64,000 nucleotides of DNA from Veleropilina oligotropha (lineage: Eukaryota). Numbering within the stretch: position 1 is the first letter of the stretch; the number at the start of each line of letters is the position of its first letter. Below are positions 47,561 through 60,900 of this stretch, piece after piece. The notes below the pieces were generated by a model. The model was not told where the DNA came from. It did no database searches and worked only from the letters and a program-made list of their open reading frames with translations. The position numbers and the translations under genes are program-made. The stretch covers positions 310,001 to 374,000 of the forward strand of contig JBEUKZ010000069.1 of NCBI GenBank assembly GCA_048128005.1. Direction: 5' to 3'.

Positions 47561-48524
47561 ATTGTGGTTAAAACATCTTTTCCTGCTTTCCCACTATGCA
47601 AATTTAGGCGACTTCCTTCTCCCACACAATATAATAAACTACATAAATTATCTAAAATGAGATTGACAATGCTTTGCTCCTTATTCGTAAGTATTGTCAT
47701 CCCTCCTTTGGTCGATGACATTATACCTTGTCAAACTAGGCCAAATATAAGGATGAGCATTCAATTTCAAGGAATATTTTCCGAATGCGTACACAACTGG
47801 ACAAAGTCTGATATGTTAAGCAGACATGTTACATCATTCGCGGCAATGCATAACTTTGATATATAATTTGTATTACTTGCTTGTCAGGAATTGTACTTGC
47901 GATCATGAGCTAACCTGAAAACAGACCAACTGACAACATTTTTCTACGCAAACACCCAAACACCTTTATTGGTGTCCCCCGAAAATTGTGACACTCTGCC
48001 GTACCTTTCGTTGATCTTCTAATATTATTGACCAGAGACAAATTACTATATATACATTATGTAAGTAAACAACTTACCTCATTACGCCATTGAGCATAAG
48101 ACACGTCACCTTTATTGGTGTCTCTCGAAAATTGTGACACTCTATGTGGTGTTAGGTTGGTTGCATATAGACGATTTCACCAGACATTCGGCAATATTCG
48201 GAAACCGCTCGGGATTTTAGTCGCATGGCGCCAAGTCATGTGACTGCTGGGCCTGGTATATCGGCGAACAACCGTGTATTTCCGTGGGTGTTCAGGGGAA
48301 CTCGGAGTGAAATCGTCTATAAAGGGTTAGCATTATTTACTACATGTTGTTCTTGCTTCATCTCAACCTTTGTCTCGCTAGGCCTATCCTCGCTACCTTT
48401 TAACTTGCTACAAACATCACTCTGTATATCCGTGTCTAAAGTTTTGAACAATTCAATAAATTTATTTATCGTCTCTTCCTTAGAACTTACACCTTGGGAC
48501 ATTGAACTGTCATCGATCAAGCTG

Positions 48525-49140
48525 TCTATAGAGCGTCACAAGAAATTATGCTTTAAAATCCTTGATGGAGGCCACAGCGGCCAACTTGGAGGTCGGACCA
48601 CACCCACAATCTCTAGGTGTAGTGTCCTCACCCAAACCAATGCCCATACCATATTTGAAAACATTCCGTTAAGAAATGACCTGTCTATAGCGATCACGAA
48701 AAATCTCTCGGCAGCGGCCATCTTGGATGTCGGACCACACCCGAAATATATGTGTCATGTCCTCGCCCCAACCAATGCACATACCAAATTTGAAAACAAT
48801 ATGTTAAGAAATGGCCTGTCTAGTGTGATCACAATAAATAATGCTTTAAAATCCATGATGGAGGACACAGCGGCCATCTTGGAGGTTGGATCACATACAA
48901 AATATACAAGTGTCGTGTCCTCACCCAAACCAAAGCCCATACCATATTTGAAAACATTCCGTTAATAAATGGCCTGTCTATAGCGATCACGATAAATCTC
49001 TCGGCGGCGGCCATCTTGGATGTCTGACCACTCCCGAAATATATGTGTCATGTCTCGCCCCAACCAATGCACATGCCAAATTTGAAACCAATCCGTTAAG
49101 AAATGGCCGGTCTAGAGCGATCACGAGGATGCTAAACCAT
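48525..49140 (+). repeat. Tandem ~150-bp satellite-like units (HINE-type internal array)
   Basis: Four-fold gcggccatcttgga...tttgaaaaca.tccgttaagaaatggcctgtctatagcgatcacg. Confidence 0.7.
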
Positions 49141-49924
49141 ATACCCCGGGGGCCAAGACCACCTTTTAATGGGTAGGTGGACACCGTCTGCTGTAAAATG
49201 ATGGTGAAAATTATTCATCAATATGGACCCACTGGAACACATCTAGATTTCCCAGCTTTCTGGAAAATCAAAAGGGACGTTTTTTGAAGTGATTTATGAT
49301 CATACCCCATCTTTGTAATTTCACAGAAAAATGATAGTCTGTGTCTTATTAATGCATGAATTTGGTGAAACAATTGTGGGTCTTAATGGTAAAAGCATAG
49401 AATTCGGCACAAATGTAAGTAAGGTAGAGTAGACAAATAGGGAATTTGGGCCTCCACCTGAAAATCAAATATGGCGCCCAACAATTCGATATGGCTCCCC
49501 AAAACATAAAAATCGTATATTTAGCTATAATTGTTAACAATAATGGAAAGTTATTATTATTTTTGCTCGTAAAATAATGTTTTGTCAACACACCCAACTC
49601 TGTAAGCTTTTATCAAAACAAAAAATACAACATGACTACCGAGATACATGAAAATGGTGTATTGCATCTTAAAACATTTCTGTGACGTCATATATTGTTC
49701 TGGGCAGTTGTTTATTCTGCCTATTCAATCGAAGAACAAAGCTTTCTTGGCACAGCAGTGGTTTCTTTTCTGGGCATTCAACTAATCCACACCAATCAAG
49801 GTCTCTCATTGAACTAATCCATCCAATTAAAGAACCTATTCAACTATTCCACTCCAATTAACTACAATAGAGGTACCTGGTGGGGAATGAGGCTATTGTT
49901 CAATGTTGAAATGGTTTAAGTGAC

Positions 49925-50036
49925 ATAAACTACTGGATAGCGTTGAATAGTTCAGAGAAAACACTCCTGTCTCGGGCCTCACGGCCCTCGACAGGAGTGT
50001 TTTCTCTGAACTATTCAACGCTATCTAGTAGTTTAT
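49925..50036. repeat. Long inverted repeat (47-bp arms, one mismatch)
   Basis: ataaactactggatagcg...cctgtc / gacagg...cgctatctagtagtttat, with a gggcc-ggccc loop. Confidence 0.9.
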
Positions 50037-50088
50037 CCCATACATAGTACTTTGTATACGGTATTTAACTTTATTTCTTAAAAAATAA

Positions 50089-50357
50089 TGTTGTAGCGGT
50101 TAGTTTGAAGATAACGAAAAGTCCATAAACAATAGTAACTCACTTTAATCCGGCACTTTACATCAATATCTTCTTCATCATTAACTATTATATCTATTAG
50201 AAAAGTTCATTTTGGTCTTCGTGGTCGTAGACATGGCGGCGTCCGTGCTCCTCGTGCGACGCGAAAACTATAGAGCCTGACTTGGGAACCGGTGTTCTAC
50301 TTGGCCAATTCAGCCGGTGCAAAGTTCAATAATACGTTCTGTTTTCTCATATCCATA
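50089..50357 (-). repeat. Putative 3' LTR of BEL/Pao element 1
   Basis: On the minus strand, follows PPT-like AAGGAAGGGGAG and ends ...CTACAACA. No second copy is in the window to confirm it. Confidence 0.45.
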
Positions 50358-51188
50358 CTCCCCTTCCTTGATATGCTGTAGGCTTATCAACATTATTTTA
50401 CACAATTATAATCTATGCTTGGCAATTATCTTAAAGATACTATATCTATAGTTTAAATTATTACACTAATATTAAAAAAGATCTCTGGATATACCATAAA
50501 CAAGGAAATATGTGACAATATTTACCACTTCGAACTATATCACTAATTCACGGTATTCAACCGGTTTCTATTGGTATACACATATTCCAATCAATCTTCA
50601 AATTATGTTACATAACTATGGATACCACCGCTCAAGATCTCAGCATGATCTGTGTATCCACATATATAAAATGACAATATGGTACTTTCATAGTCATAAT
50701 ACCACCCTTATATTATACACTATCACTATCAACATCTCTAAGTCGCATTGTAGAAAATGTTCAATGCCAGTCAAATCATCATTAATATTTAACAAATTTC
50801 GCACAAAATAAGAAACGCGAAAACAGTATTCTAATATTCTATTATACAGACCATAAAATAATTGTAAATAATTGAATTGTCCTGTGTTAATATCTACCAT
50901 TCTTGGCGACATGTCCATGTTATCGCAGGAGGAAAAACCCGCTCACCTCTGCCGGTCATGGACCACTCTGATTGATAACACTCAGGAAATTGTCATCGAC
51001 AATAATCGAACCTTTACCCACCTTAAACTGGCGCGGTCAGTACAACGCCAAAGCGCACTCGAGCACATGTACCAAGATTATAAACAATGAACAAAATCTA
51101 TACTCACAATATGGAATTGTTCAGTCAAACTCGACTATAAGTAATGAATATAATTACAATAAATTTCATCCCGATACCATATTCTATT

Positions 51189-54100
51189 CTATTCATCACT
51201 TTTATCAATTGCCAAGCCCAATGGACATAATTTAGAAATAGATCTGGTCAACACAGACTGTCCAACTTGCACTTTAACCACACGAATATGTCCATCTTGT
51301 CCAGGAAAAGTCTCAAGTACTCTACCCAGCGGCCAGTGTCCTCGAGTCGTATCCGGTGCAACAACCAGCACCACATCACCGACCTGAATGTCTCGTTGCT
51401 GCTGCGACCATCTTTTCCTGGAACCCAGACCGGGTAACCATTCCTGGAGCCATCTGTGCCAGAAATGACGAACTAGTTCTTGAACGCGTCTCCATCTTCG
51501 TCGTGGACTAAACTGAGTTTCGTCAACTGATTGCGGGGCAAACTGGCCACCTACTTGTCCATGCAGGAAATGGTTTGGCGTAAGGGGTACATCATCAAGT
51601 GGACTTGCTGACTGGTAGGTTAATGGTCTCGAGTTGATCAATGCTTCAGCACCCGTAAAAGCAGTGCACAGTTCCTCGTCGGTAATCGAGGCATCACCCA
51701 GTATCGCGTTGGTGGCTCTTTTAGCTGCTTTAATCATTGTTTCGAAGACGCCTCCAAAATGTGGAGACACCGGAGGATTAAAATGCCACTTTATGCCGTT
51801 GTTCGAAGTCATCTTTACGACTTTTTCTTTGTCCAGTTGATCCACCAATTCGCGTAACTCTCTGTTACCTGCAACGAAGTTTCCTCCATTATCCGAAACC
51901 ATCTCTGTTGGCAGTCCGCGTCTGTTTACCATTCTAAAAAACGCATTCAGAAAGGAGTCCGTATCGAGTGCATACGCCATCTCCAGATGCACAGCTCTGG
52001 TCGTCAAACATGTAAATAAACATAAATAGCGTTTCTGTCTTCTTTTTCCTCTTCCTTGGACGGTTATGAATGGTCCTGCGTAATCCACAGCTGTTCGTGC
52101 AAAAGCATGGAGAGGTTTCTTCATTCGAACTTCAGGTAGTGGCGCCATGATTTGCGTTGCTGTTTTGGCCTTGCGGCGTCGACACTCCCAGCAATTACTT
52201 TCCCAACTTCGAATTTCTTCACGTCCACGGATTATCCAAAAGTGAGCGGATAATGCAGAGAGGGTATGGTTTGTGCCCATGACATGGTTCCCTACTTCAT
52301 GGTAATGCTTAACGATGAGTCTTGTTACTTCTGCGTTCCGTGCGAGTATAACAGGAAAGCGAACATCATATGATAGGTAATCGGCATTCTTTATTCGACT
52401 ATCACATCTCATCAGTCCTTCTGCATCCATCTTCGGATTCAGCAATAATAACTTACTGTTCTTCGGCAAGGTCTTGCCGCAAGATAAAGCGTCATATTCT
52501 TCTGGAAACGACAGACTCTGGCTTTCCTTGATGATTCGGACACTTGCATCTTCAATTTCTTCAGAAGTTAGTTCTCCTGTAGATCTGTCATCTTGGTTCA
52601 GACGGGAATTGTTCGCGAAGCGATTGACCCATGCATATACCCTCTTCAGCCGAGTCCAACATGAAAATCGACCAGGATTTAGTCGCCATGGATGCAGATC
52701 TTCCTCATTTCCCATCATGGTAAAGTCTTTGTTCGCACACGTTCCAGGTTTGGTAGTAGCTGTTGAATGAGCTCGTTTCTTTTCTTCATCCATGCTCTTT
52801 CTCTTCTCGATAACGTTCTCCGGCCATTCAGACTCGTTATGCTTCAGATATTCTGGACCATTCCACCATTCAGTCAATTGAGACAATGTTGAAGAAGACA
52901 TACCTCTGGTTAATGCATCAGCTGGATTCTTCTTCGTTGGAACGTATCGCCATTGTCGTGGATCCGTAAGTCTTTGAATTTCACCAATTCTGTTTGCAAC
53001 AAAAGGTTTGAAATTCCGACTCTGACCTTTTATCCACCACAAAACATTCATACTGTCTGACCAGAAATATACCGTATGTAGATCTTGTCCCAGGACTTCT
53101 GCGATTGATACTGCCAATTTGACCCCAAGTGCAGCAGCCATCAGTTCAAGACGAGGCACACTCACAGATATTAGAGGAGCCACTTTGGTCTTCGAAGCTA
53201 TTAAAACACAGCTTACTTCTCTACTTCTATAGACATACCTGATGTACCCAGCTGCTCCATACGCCTCTTGCGATGCATCCACAAACATGTGTATCTCTTC
53301 TGTAATAACGTCATCTTCAAGACATGATCTCAAACATCGGGGAACTTTGATTTCAGTCAACCGAGGGAGTTCGGAAAACCACTGGCGTGCCTTTACATCC
53401 AAGTCTTCAGGAAGAACTTCATCCCAGTCGATCCCAGCAACCCACGTTTCTTGAAGCAGCATCTTGCCTCGGATGCTGAACGGTGATAAAAATCCCATCG
53501 GATCGAAAATTGATGCTACCTTGCTCAAAAGTGTTCTCTTGGTCAGCTTGAGGTGATCTTCAGGAAGAATGACTTTAAATGTGAAAACATCTTCGCTTGC
53601 CAACCACAGCAATCCTAGTGTCTTCATCGATGGCAAGATTCCTTTAACCAAGTCAACCTCCGCAGCTCTATCTTTCTCAGGAATTCTTTTCATGACTTCG
53701 GTTGAATTCGACAACCATTTTCGTGCATGCATCCCAGCTGCGGCCCACAGTTCGGAAAGATCTTCATACAACTTGATTCCTTGTTGATTATCAGAAACAG
53801 AGTCCATGGTATCATCCATGTATGTAGACTTCAAAATGGATTCTGCTGCTCGTGGATATTTCTCTTTGTTGTCTTCTGCATGCTTGTGCGAAACAAACTG
53901 TGCATGGAATGGCGAACAGTTCACTCCAAATACCACCCGTGTGAACTCGTAGACCCGAGGTTCTTCGTTTGAGTGCAAATTCCTCCAAAGAAATCTATGA
54001 TATGGTCTATCATGCGGAGCAATCTCTATCCTTAGATACATCTCGGCAATATCACATACCAGTGCGACTGGATATCTTCTGAAGCGAAGTAGAACATCAA

Positions 54101-57100
54101 ATAGTTCTCGTTGAAGCTTTGGTCCCTGGTGGATTGCGTCGTTCAAAGAAACATCATCACATTTGGCAGATGCATCAAATACTATGCGTACTTTGGTCGT
54201 AGATTTATCCAACCGTACAACAGGAAAATGCGGAAGATACCAACCTTGGTGCATCTGAAGATCTTCGTCTGGTACCCTTCTAATATAACCTTTCTGTTCA
54301 TACGAAGCAATTATATCAGAATACTCACTTGCAATCTTCTTTTCCTTCTTCAATCGCTTCTCTGTGCTGATCAACCGTCGTAGAGCTGTTTCGTAGTTGT
54401 GAGGCAATTCGGGAATTCCATCTTTCCATGGGATCGATACTTGGTATAATCCGTTTTGAAATACAAGAGATTTCTTTACCTTCTCCTCCGCAATTTTGTC
54501 TTCTAACTTCTGGTAAGGACTATTCTCATGATTTGTCACAGCTTCTATCTCCCAGAATTTACGAAGAATGGACATGATGTCTTTGTTCGAAGGATGTTCA
54601 TGAGTCAAGAAAGTTCTGTTGAAGTTGGAACAGATCGAAACATTCTGGTTCTTGTTCGGGTTCCCAATACACGTCCACCCTAATGGTGTCAAACTTGCTG
54701 CCGGCCCACCAGATTCGCGTTTGACATCTTTTAATGAAAAGTGAAGATCTGCGTAGTCAATACCAATTAGCATATCGACGATAGGTCTCGAACGGCAACT
54801 CGGGAACTTGATACCTTTTAGGTGCTTCCATTTATCAGCATGCTCTCTCCAATTTACTACACGCATATTACCCGTCACTCTATCTGTTGTAAAAGCCGTG
54901 ATCTTCATGTTGATGTTACCGTCTAAACTCTGTAAGGTGGTTTCCACTGGCATGGTTTCGAATGTCTCCATCCTGTTATTTACTACATTCACCGTTACCT
55001 TCTGGATTTCACCTTGAAGTCCGAGTTCTGCCGCTACATCAGAATTCAGATATGTCCTGGTACTTCCGTCGTCTAATAATGCGTTGACAGTAATACGTCG
55101 ATTTCCATTCTTTAGGATCACAGGAACAGTGCGTAGTGCCAAATACCCACCTTGATTTTCTTCATTTGATGATGAAGTCATTGTGCGAGATCTTTCTTGA
55201 TAGTTGATATACTCCCCTTCCAGTGGTAAGTCTTCGCCTTGAGCCTGCTGTATCCTTGCGGTTTGATTACTGGGAAAATCTCCTTTTCTGGAATCCCGGT
55301 TACCGGTACTGGAGTACTTACGTGATTCTGGAATTGTGTCTCTTCTGACGTTAGAATGCAAAAGCCTATTGTGAGTTTCTTTACAATCATCTATACCACA
55401 CATTCTTTTCCATGAGCATGCAGATCCCCTATGACCATCTTGTAGGCATCGAAAACACAATTTAAATTGCTTCGCTGTGTCCCATCGTTGATTGACATCC
55501 ATCTTCTTAAAGACTTCACATCTCCAAATCATATGTTCATTATTCTGACATACCTTGCATATCCGGACTTGATTTCCTTTGCTGTTGTGTTTCGGATGAA
55601 CGAACAATGTTTGGCTTACATGGTATCTTGGATTTCTTTTAACGTCATTGACCTGCAGTCCTCTGATGGTTTCGGCGGCCATGGTCTGAAATTCAGCCTC
55701 TTGAATAACCCATTCACGTAATGTTTCTACAGACTCTACCTTACTTTTTTCAAAAACCCACCTTTGGTACTGCGCCAACATCGTCTCCGTCATCTTCCGC
55801 TGCAACTGCATGTACAATGACCCATTACCAAGCTCTTCATTCCGTCCTGCTTCACGCAGATTTATTACAGCAATGTCTAGTAAATCAGCAAACCTATCAA
55901 CATCTTTAGACATACCCGGTCTCAAAGGTTTAAAGTTTTCAAGGTCTTCTATATACAACGCTATTTGTCTACGCCTACCACCAAATTTTCTTTCCAACCT
56001 CTCTTTTGCGGCATGGTATGCTACAGCAGAGTGACCGAGATTTTCAATCACTCTTAACGCTTCACCAGATAACGACTGTCTAAGCTGTAATAATTTATAT
56101 TCAGGTGTGGCAGGGGCTTGATCGATGCATGCTGTGAATGCAGATTTCCAATTGGGATAGTTACGTTTATCTCCTGAAAACTTTGGAATGGACACCCTAC
56201 TCAATTGCTTCCATAGATCTTGACCAATAGCATATGAATTTGGCCTAGGACTAGTAGTAGTAACCACAGCTGGAACTTGGCCTGTTGACATATATGGATT
56301 TTGGAGTAAATTTGATGGCACAGGCTGACAAGTAAATGAGTTATGGATACCATTATGACTTGGTTGCGAGTAAATTGGCATGTTCATAGATGATCGCAAC
56401 ATATCAACAGTATTAACAGGTGTGAGTGGAGGAACATATGTCCCAGGTACAGGGTCACCAATATTCTGTTGACCTGTGGTATGAATTTGACCATATTGTT
56501 CATGTAGTATTACAGGCGGTGCTAATGATTGTACCTTAACACTACTCATACCTGCTGCAACTTGACTGCGATGCTGCTCCGCTTCAATACGAATGCGTTC
56601 TTGTTCTTGTTGCCATTTACCTGTTCTGCTGCTAATTTTCACCATACCATCAGAAATTTCACTCGACCTGCTCGATGCCTCGTCCCTTCTCGAATCCAAG
56701 TATTCTCGGGCTTTGCCTTGATGGTCTTCTAACTTGTTCGCCAGGATTTCCACTTCTTCGCCGGTTTTCTCAACGTTCTGCAAATCGCCTCGTTTTTGAT
56801 ATTCTTCGGATAACACCAACAATGCATCCATCGCCGTTTCTTCAGCTAACCCTAGCTTGGTACTGGCGGCACGTACTAGTCGTCGACTCGGTAAATCGTC
56901 TTCGTCCAACAACATTAAAAGTTGGTTCTGAGCCCTGGTGAAAGCGGATTTTGCTCTCGTTTTCCTCTGCTTTAAAACTTCTATATCGATATCATCGGTC
57001 GACGGCGTTTTGCCATCGACCTTGCCGTCCATGTCTACGACCAAGATGTTGTCCAAGTTTAAAAACCACGCTCTGCTACTGTTCTGCTCCGCGATCAGCT

Positions 57101-57134
57101 GCCTCAGAAGGCGAACAGAAAGATAACGATCCAA
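51189..57134 (-). CDS. BEL/Pao LTR retrotransposon gag-pol polyprotein (element 1), intact
   Basis: Three Gag Cys/His knuckles, protease ALLDDGS, RT YMDD, RNase H FVDASQ..ELMAA..WSDS, integrase HHCC + VDYAGP/SDNGGNF/FETM. First ATG at 57032. Confidence 0.95.
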   Translation of the reverse strand: MDRYLSVRLLRQLIAEQNSSRAWFLNLDNILVVDMDGKVDGKTPSTDDIDIEVLKQRKTRAKSAFTRAQNQLLMLLDEDDLPSRRLVRAASTKLGLAEETAMDALLVLSEEYQKRGDLQNVEKTGEEVEILANKLEDHQGKAREYLDSRRDEASSRSSEISDGMVKISSRTGKWQQEQERIRIEAEQHRSQVAAGMSSVKVQSLAPPVILHEQYGQIHTTGQQNIGDPVPGTYVPPLTPVNTVDMLRSSMNMPIYSQPSHNGIHNSFTCQPVPSNLLQNPYMSTGQVPAVVTTTSPRPNSYAIGQDLWKQLSRVSIPKFSGDKRNYPNWKSAFTACIDQAPATPEYKLLQLRQSLSGEALRVIENLGHSAVAYHAAKERLERKFGGRRRQIALYIEDLENFKPLRPGMSKDVDRFADLLDIAVINLREAGRNEELGNGSLYMQLQRKMTETMLAQYQRWVFEKSKVESVETLREWVIQEAEFQTMAAETIRGLQVNDVKRNPRYHVSQTLFVHPKHNSKGNQVRICKVCQNNEHMIWRCEVFKKMDVNQRWDTAKQFKLCFRCLQDGHRGSACSWKRMCGIDDCKETHNRLLHSNVRRDTIPESRKYSSTGNRDSRKGDFPSNQTARIQQAQGEDLPLEGEYINYQERSRTMTSSSNEENQGGYLALRTVPVILKNGNRRITVNALLDDGSTRTYLNSDVAAELGLQGEIQKVTVNVVNNRMETFETMPVETTLQSLDGNINMKITAFTTDRVTGNMRVVNWREHADKWKHLKGIKFPSCRSRPIVDMLIGIDYADLHFSLKDVKRESGGPAASLTPLGWTCIGNPNKNQNVSICSNFNRTFLTHEHPSNKDIMSILRKFWEIEAVTNHENSPYQKLEDKIAEEKVKKSLVFQNGLYQVSIPWKDGIPELPHNYETALRRLISTEKRLKKEKKIASEYSDIIASYEQKGYIRRVPDEDLQMHQGWYLPHFPVVRLDKSTTKVRIVFDASAKCDDVSLNDAIHQGPKLQRELFDVLLRFRRYPVALVCDIAEMYLRIEIAPHDRPYHRFLWRNLHSNEEPRVYEFTRVVFGVNCSPFHAQFVSHKHAEDNKEKYPRAAESILKSTYMDDTMDSVSDNQQGIKLYEDLSELWAAAGMHARKWLSNSTEVMKRIPEKDRAAEVDLVKGILPSMKTLGLLWLASEDVFTFKVILPEDHLKLTKRTLLSKVASIFDPMGFLSPFSIRGKMLLQETWVAGIDWDEVLPEDLDVKARQWFSELPRLTEIKVPRCLRSCLEDDVITEEIHMFVDASQEAYGAAGYIRYVYRSREVSCVLIASKTKVAPLISVSVPRLELMAAALGVKLAVSIAEVLGQDLHTVYFWSDSMNVLWWIKGQSRNFKPFVANRIGEIQRLTDPRQWRYVPTKKNPADALTRGMSSSTLSQLTEWWNGPEYLKHNESEWPENVIEKRKSMDEEKKRAHSTATTKPGTCANKDFTMMGNEEDLHPWRLNPGRFSCWTRLKRVYAWVNRFANNSRLNQDDRSTGELTSEEIEDASVRIIKESQSLSFPEEYDALSCGKTLPKNSKLLLLNPKMDAEGLMRCDSRIKNADYLSYDVRFPVILARNAEVTRLIVKHYHEVGNHVMGTNHTLSALSAHFWIIRGREEIRSWESNCWECRRRKAKTATQIMAPLPEVRMKKPLHAFARTAVDYAGPFITVQGRGKRRQKRYLCLFTCLTTRAVHLEMAYALDTDSFLNAFFRMVNRRGLPTEMVSDNGGNFVAGNRELRELVDQLDKEKVVKMTSNNGIKWHFNPPVSPHFGGVFETMIKAAKRATNAILGDASITDEELCTAFTGAEALINSRPLTYQSASPLDDVPLTPNHFLHGQVGGQFAPQSVDETQFSPRRRWRRVQELVRHFWHRWLQEWLPGLGSRKRWSQQQRDIQVGDVVLVVAPDTTRGHWPLGRVLETFPGQDGHIRVVKVQVGQSVLTRSISKLCPLGLAIDKSDE

Positions 57135-57472
57135 TAGAGTTTGATGTATGTTTAATCTCCGTTGATATCGTAAAAACTACAACAGATAGATACAAACCAA
57201 CTTTACAATCATAATCTGCTATAGGGCTACATCGTTCGTTTGTTTACTTGTGAATAAATGTAATAAAAAATGATTCAAGATGACTTTGTTATAAATTGTA
57301 AATATATACATTTAGATTCAGTACAATAGGCATATGTGTGTAATGCATGACAATATACTCATATCACATAATATCTGAACACGCTATATTATCGCCGACA
57401 CACCAATACCAACCAACAATACCGGTGCTATAAATAGAATTAAACAACGGATGTTCGCAGTAACTTTCATAT

Positions 57473-57740
57473 TGTTGTTATACATCTCTTAATAATAACA
57501 GCGATATATTGCGTTTGGACACTCATTAAACCACTTACATCGTTGGGACTTGTGGATAACCACAGATATCATAACAGCATCATAAGTGTTGAAGTGCTTC
57601 TCAACATTGCAATGTGCGTATTAACATGGCCGCTTCCCAGGCAAGAAGGCAAAGCCAAGGCAAGGGAGATAACTATAATCAATGCAAAGGCAAAGAACTG
57701 AGAATACTCGAACACGAAACTGAACCACTGGGGCAGTACA
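57473..57740 (-). repeat. Putative 3' LTR of BEL/Pao element 2
   Basis: Minus strand: PPT CAGACGGGGAG, then TGT...ATAACAACA. The 5' LTR is expected beyond the window. Confidence 0.6.
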
Positions 57741-57980
57741 CTCCCCGTCTGATATCTCCGACATATCACTCCAATTAAATTAAAAATCTATATAATATAA
57801 TCTACTTCAAATTGTAACCATGTCTCAACGGACAACTATATATCTAGATGGATCTATGTCGATAACACATATGTAATCTCAACTCTGAACCATACAAGCA
57901 ATTAATAATGTAATACAAATAACATAAAATATCTGGATTGACGAGTATGAATGTCATTGTCCATATTGTCATGAACGAAA

Positions 57981-60900
57981 CTAATTCTCCACAAGAATGA
58001 CCATTTCTGTAATCGGTCGCGTGTAGGTGACGATCGATCCCTCCTTGGCTACGCGTACTTCAGCCTTGCGAACTTTTCCATCGCTTCCACTTTTAAATGT
58101 GTTCACAACAACACCGACTGCCCACTCTTTTCTGGGCAAGCACTTGTCTTTCAGTAGAATGACATCACCATTTTCTACGTCCCGCACGTCGGTTTTCCAT
58201 TTTCTCCTTGTCTGTAGGGTTTGAAGATATCCTTCTCTCCACTTCTTCCAAAACATATCCGCTAGAACTTGAGTTCTCTTCCACTGTTCCTTGTAAATAT
58301 CTTTTATGTCTAGACTTCCAGACAGCAACGATCCGCCTCCTGTTTTCTGCGTCAATAATGTAGCAGGACTCAGGATCATTGGGGATTCAGGATCAGTAGA
58401 AATGGGCGCCAATGGTCTTGAGTTTATAATGGCGCTGACCTCTGCCATCAATGTTACAAGAACCTCATGGGTGAGATTCCGTGTCGATATCTCCAAAAAC
58501 ATGGCATCCAGTATTCTTCTCGTCAAGCCGATCATCCTCTCCCATACCCCTCCCATATGGGAAGAATGGGGAGGGTTGAAGATCCATACGATTCCTGACC
58601 TGTTTAAGAAACTGCTGATGGGACCATCCTCGACATTAATGATCTCAAGCTTGTCTGTGGAACTGAGCACATGAGCAGCGCCAACAAAGTTCGTGCCTCT
58701 ATCAGACCTCAGCTCCTTGACGATGCCCCGGATGGCGACGAATCGAATTAATGCGTTGATGAACGAGGAGCTACTCATCTCTTCAACACATTCAATGTGA
58801 ACTGCACGTGTAGTTAAACACGTAAATAAGATCGCCCAGCGTTTTGAGTTAGCTGCGCCACCACGTGTCTTTCTTGTAACGACGTTCCATGGACCGAAAG
58901 CGTCGATACCAACAGATGTAAATGGTGGTCCGCGAGTCAATCTGTCGACAGGTAAGTCTGCCATCTTCTGCGACTGAACACTTCCCCTTAGCCTTCTGCA
59001 CACAACACACTGATAGATGACACTGGATATCAGTCTCTTTCCACCAACGATCCAAAAACCATGGTTCCTTAATGTTCCTTCTGTGAGAAGTCTTCCCTGG
59101 TGCCTTATCTTCTCGTGGTAATGTCGAACCAGGAGTTTGGCGACGTGTGACCTGCCTGACGGTATAATAGGGTTGGTTTCCTCCAAGGAAAGGTATCCTT
59201 GACTTAGTCGGCCTCCGACACGCATGACTCCTGTTGAGTCAAGAATCGGAGCTAATGTACTAATGACGGAGCTTGCCTTTACAGGTCGACCATTCAGCAG
59301 ACTGTTCATTTCCTCAGGATACTGATCCAGTTGACACTGTCGGAGTACAAATCTTTCTGTCTCCAAGCGAATAGCTGCTGCTGTGGTTGTGTCCCTTTTG
59401 GAACTGTGAGTCGGGTAGTTCTTCGCGGCTGTTTTGAGTAAACTCAGAGCACTTATGAGGCGAAACCAGTCTGAATATCTTCCGAATTTGTGGACAAGAC
59501 TAACGCTGACCTTTGTTTTGCTGACATTTACTCTGATCTCCTTGTCCTCTTCCGGACATATGAGAGGAAATTCTTCCTGTTCTCCTGAACCACGAACGTT
59601 TTGCAGTTTCTCGGGTCCCTTGAGCCATTTTTCTTGGATATCATTCGCTGTGCGTAGACCTCTCGTACCATGATCTGCGGGATTGTTCTTTGTTGAAACA
59701 TAGTTCCATTGATCAGGATTGGATACTTTCAGAATACGTTCCACTCGGTTAGCTACGTAATTGTAGAAGCATCTCGTTCTGTTATTCAGGTAACCGAGAA
59801 CCACTTTGCTGTCGGTATAAAACCGCACGGTTTGCAGTTCAATGCCCAGGTTGTCGATGATGATCTGTGCAACGTCTGTCGCTAATAATGCAGCACATAA
59901 TTCCAGTCTTGGAATGGTGTGTCCATGGCTTGGTGCGATTTTGGCCTTTCCCATAACAAAACCTGTGTGTTGTTTTCCATCCGTTTGAGTTTTCATGTAG
60001 GCTACCACACTCACTGCTTGCTCAGATGCGTCGGAAAAGACTAGAAGTACTGGATTGTTGACTGTGCTCAGAGATGATGGTGATATCATGCGTGAAATAG
60101 ATAGATCCTTCAGTGACACCATTGATTCTTCGAAAGCCTTCCAACTGTCTATTACTGTAGGATCGAGTGTATCATCCCAGCTGTATCCTTTATGAATCTT
60201 TCGCATCACAATTTTCCCCTGAATGGTGATGGGAGCTGCAAATCCAAGCGGGTCGTATATGCTGTTCAGTGCCGACAGCATACCGCGTCTTGTTTTGGGT
60301 GTGTCCTTTACACACGTGTCAAAATTGAATGTATCAGAGTTCATGTCCCACAATAAACCTAAACTTCTGTGTGTGGGTAAGGTGTCCTTGTCTAGCTGGA
60401 GACTTTTGACCTCCTTGCCAAGATCTTCCACCGGAAATGCACTCATTACTTTGGGGCTGTTCGAGACAAACTTGTGCAGTCTGAGATTTCCTCCTTTCTT
60501 TAGAGCTGTTTTAGTTCTTTGCAGGAGGCTGACAGCGTCTTCTTCTTTAGGCAGGGATGTCAGCGCGTCGTCTACGTAGAAGTCGTTGGTGACCAAGTTC
60601 TTTACATCATCGTCCACGTCGTCTCCTGCCACACTCTTTCTGAGGCCGTAACTGGCGATTGCTGGAGAAGGGCTATTGCCGAAAACGTGAGCTTTCATGC
60701 GATAATCGATGAGTCCGAGGTCTGGGTTGTTTTCTTCATACCAGAAAAAGCGCAGAAAGTCCCGTTGATCCTCTGGTACCAGAAAGGAGTAGAACATTTG
60801 CTCAATGTCGGCGGCGATCGCGAACTGATCCCTGCGTAAGCGTAGCAGGATTCCTAATAGATCGTTTGTCAAGTTGGGTCCAGTTAGAAGACATTTATTT

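Noticed and set aside
48225..48965. 246-aa plus-strand ORF and the opposite 67-aa ORF
   Set aside because: The longer ORF runs through a tandem satellite. The short one might be a gag-like remnant but has no diagnostic motif.
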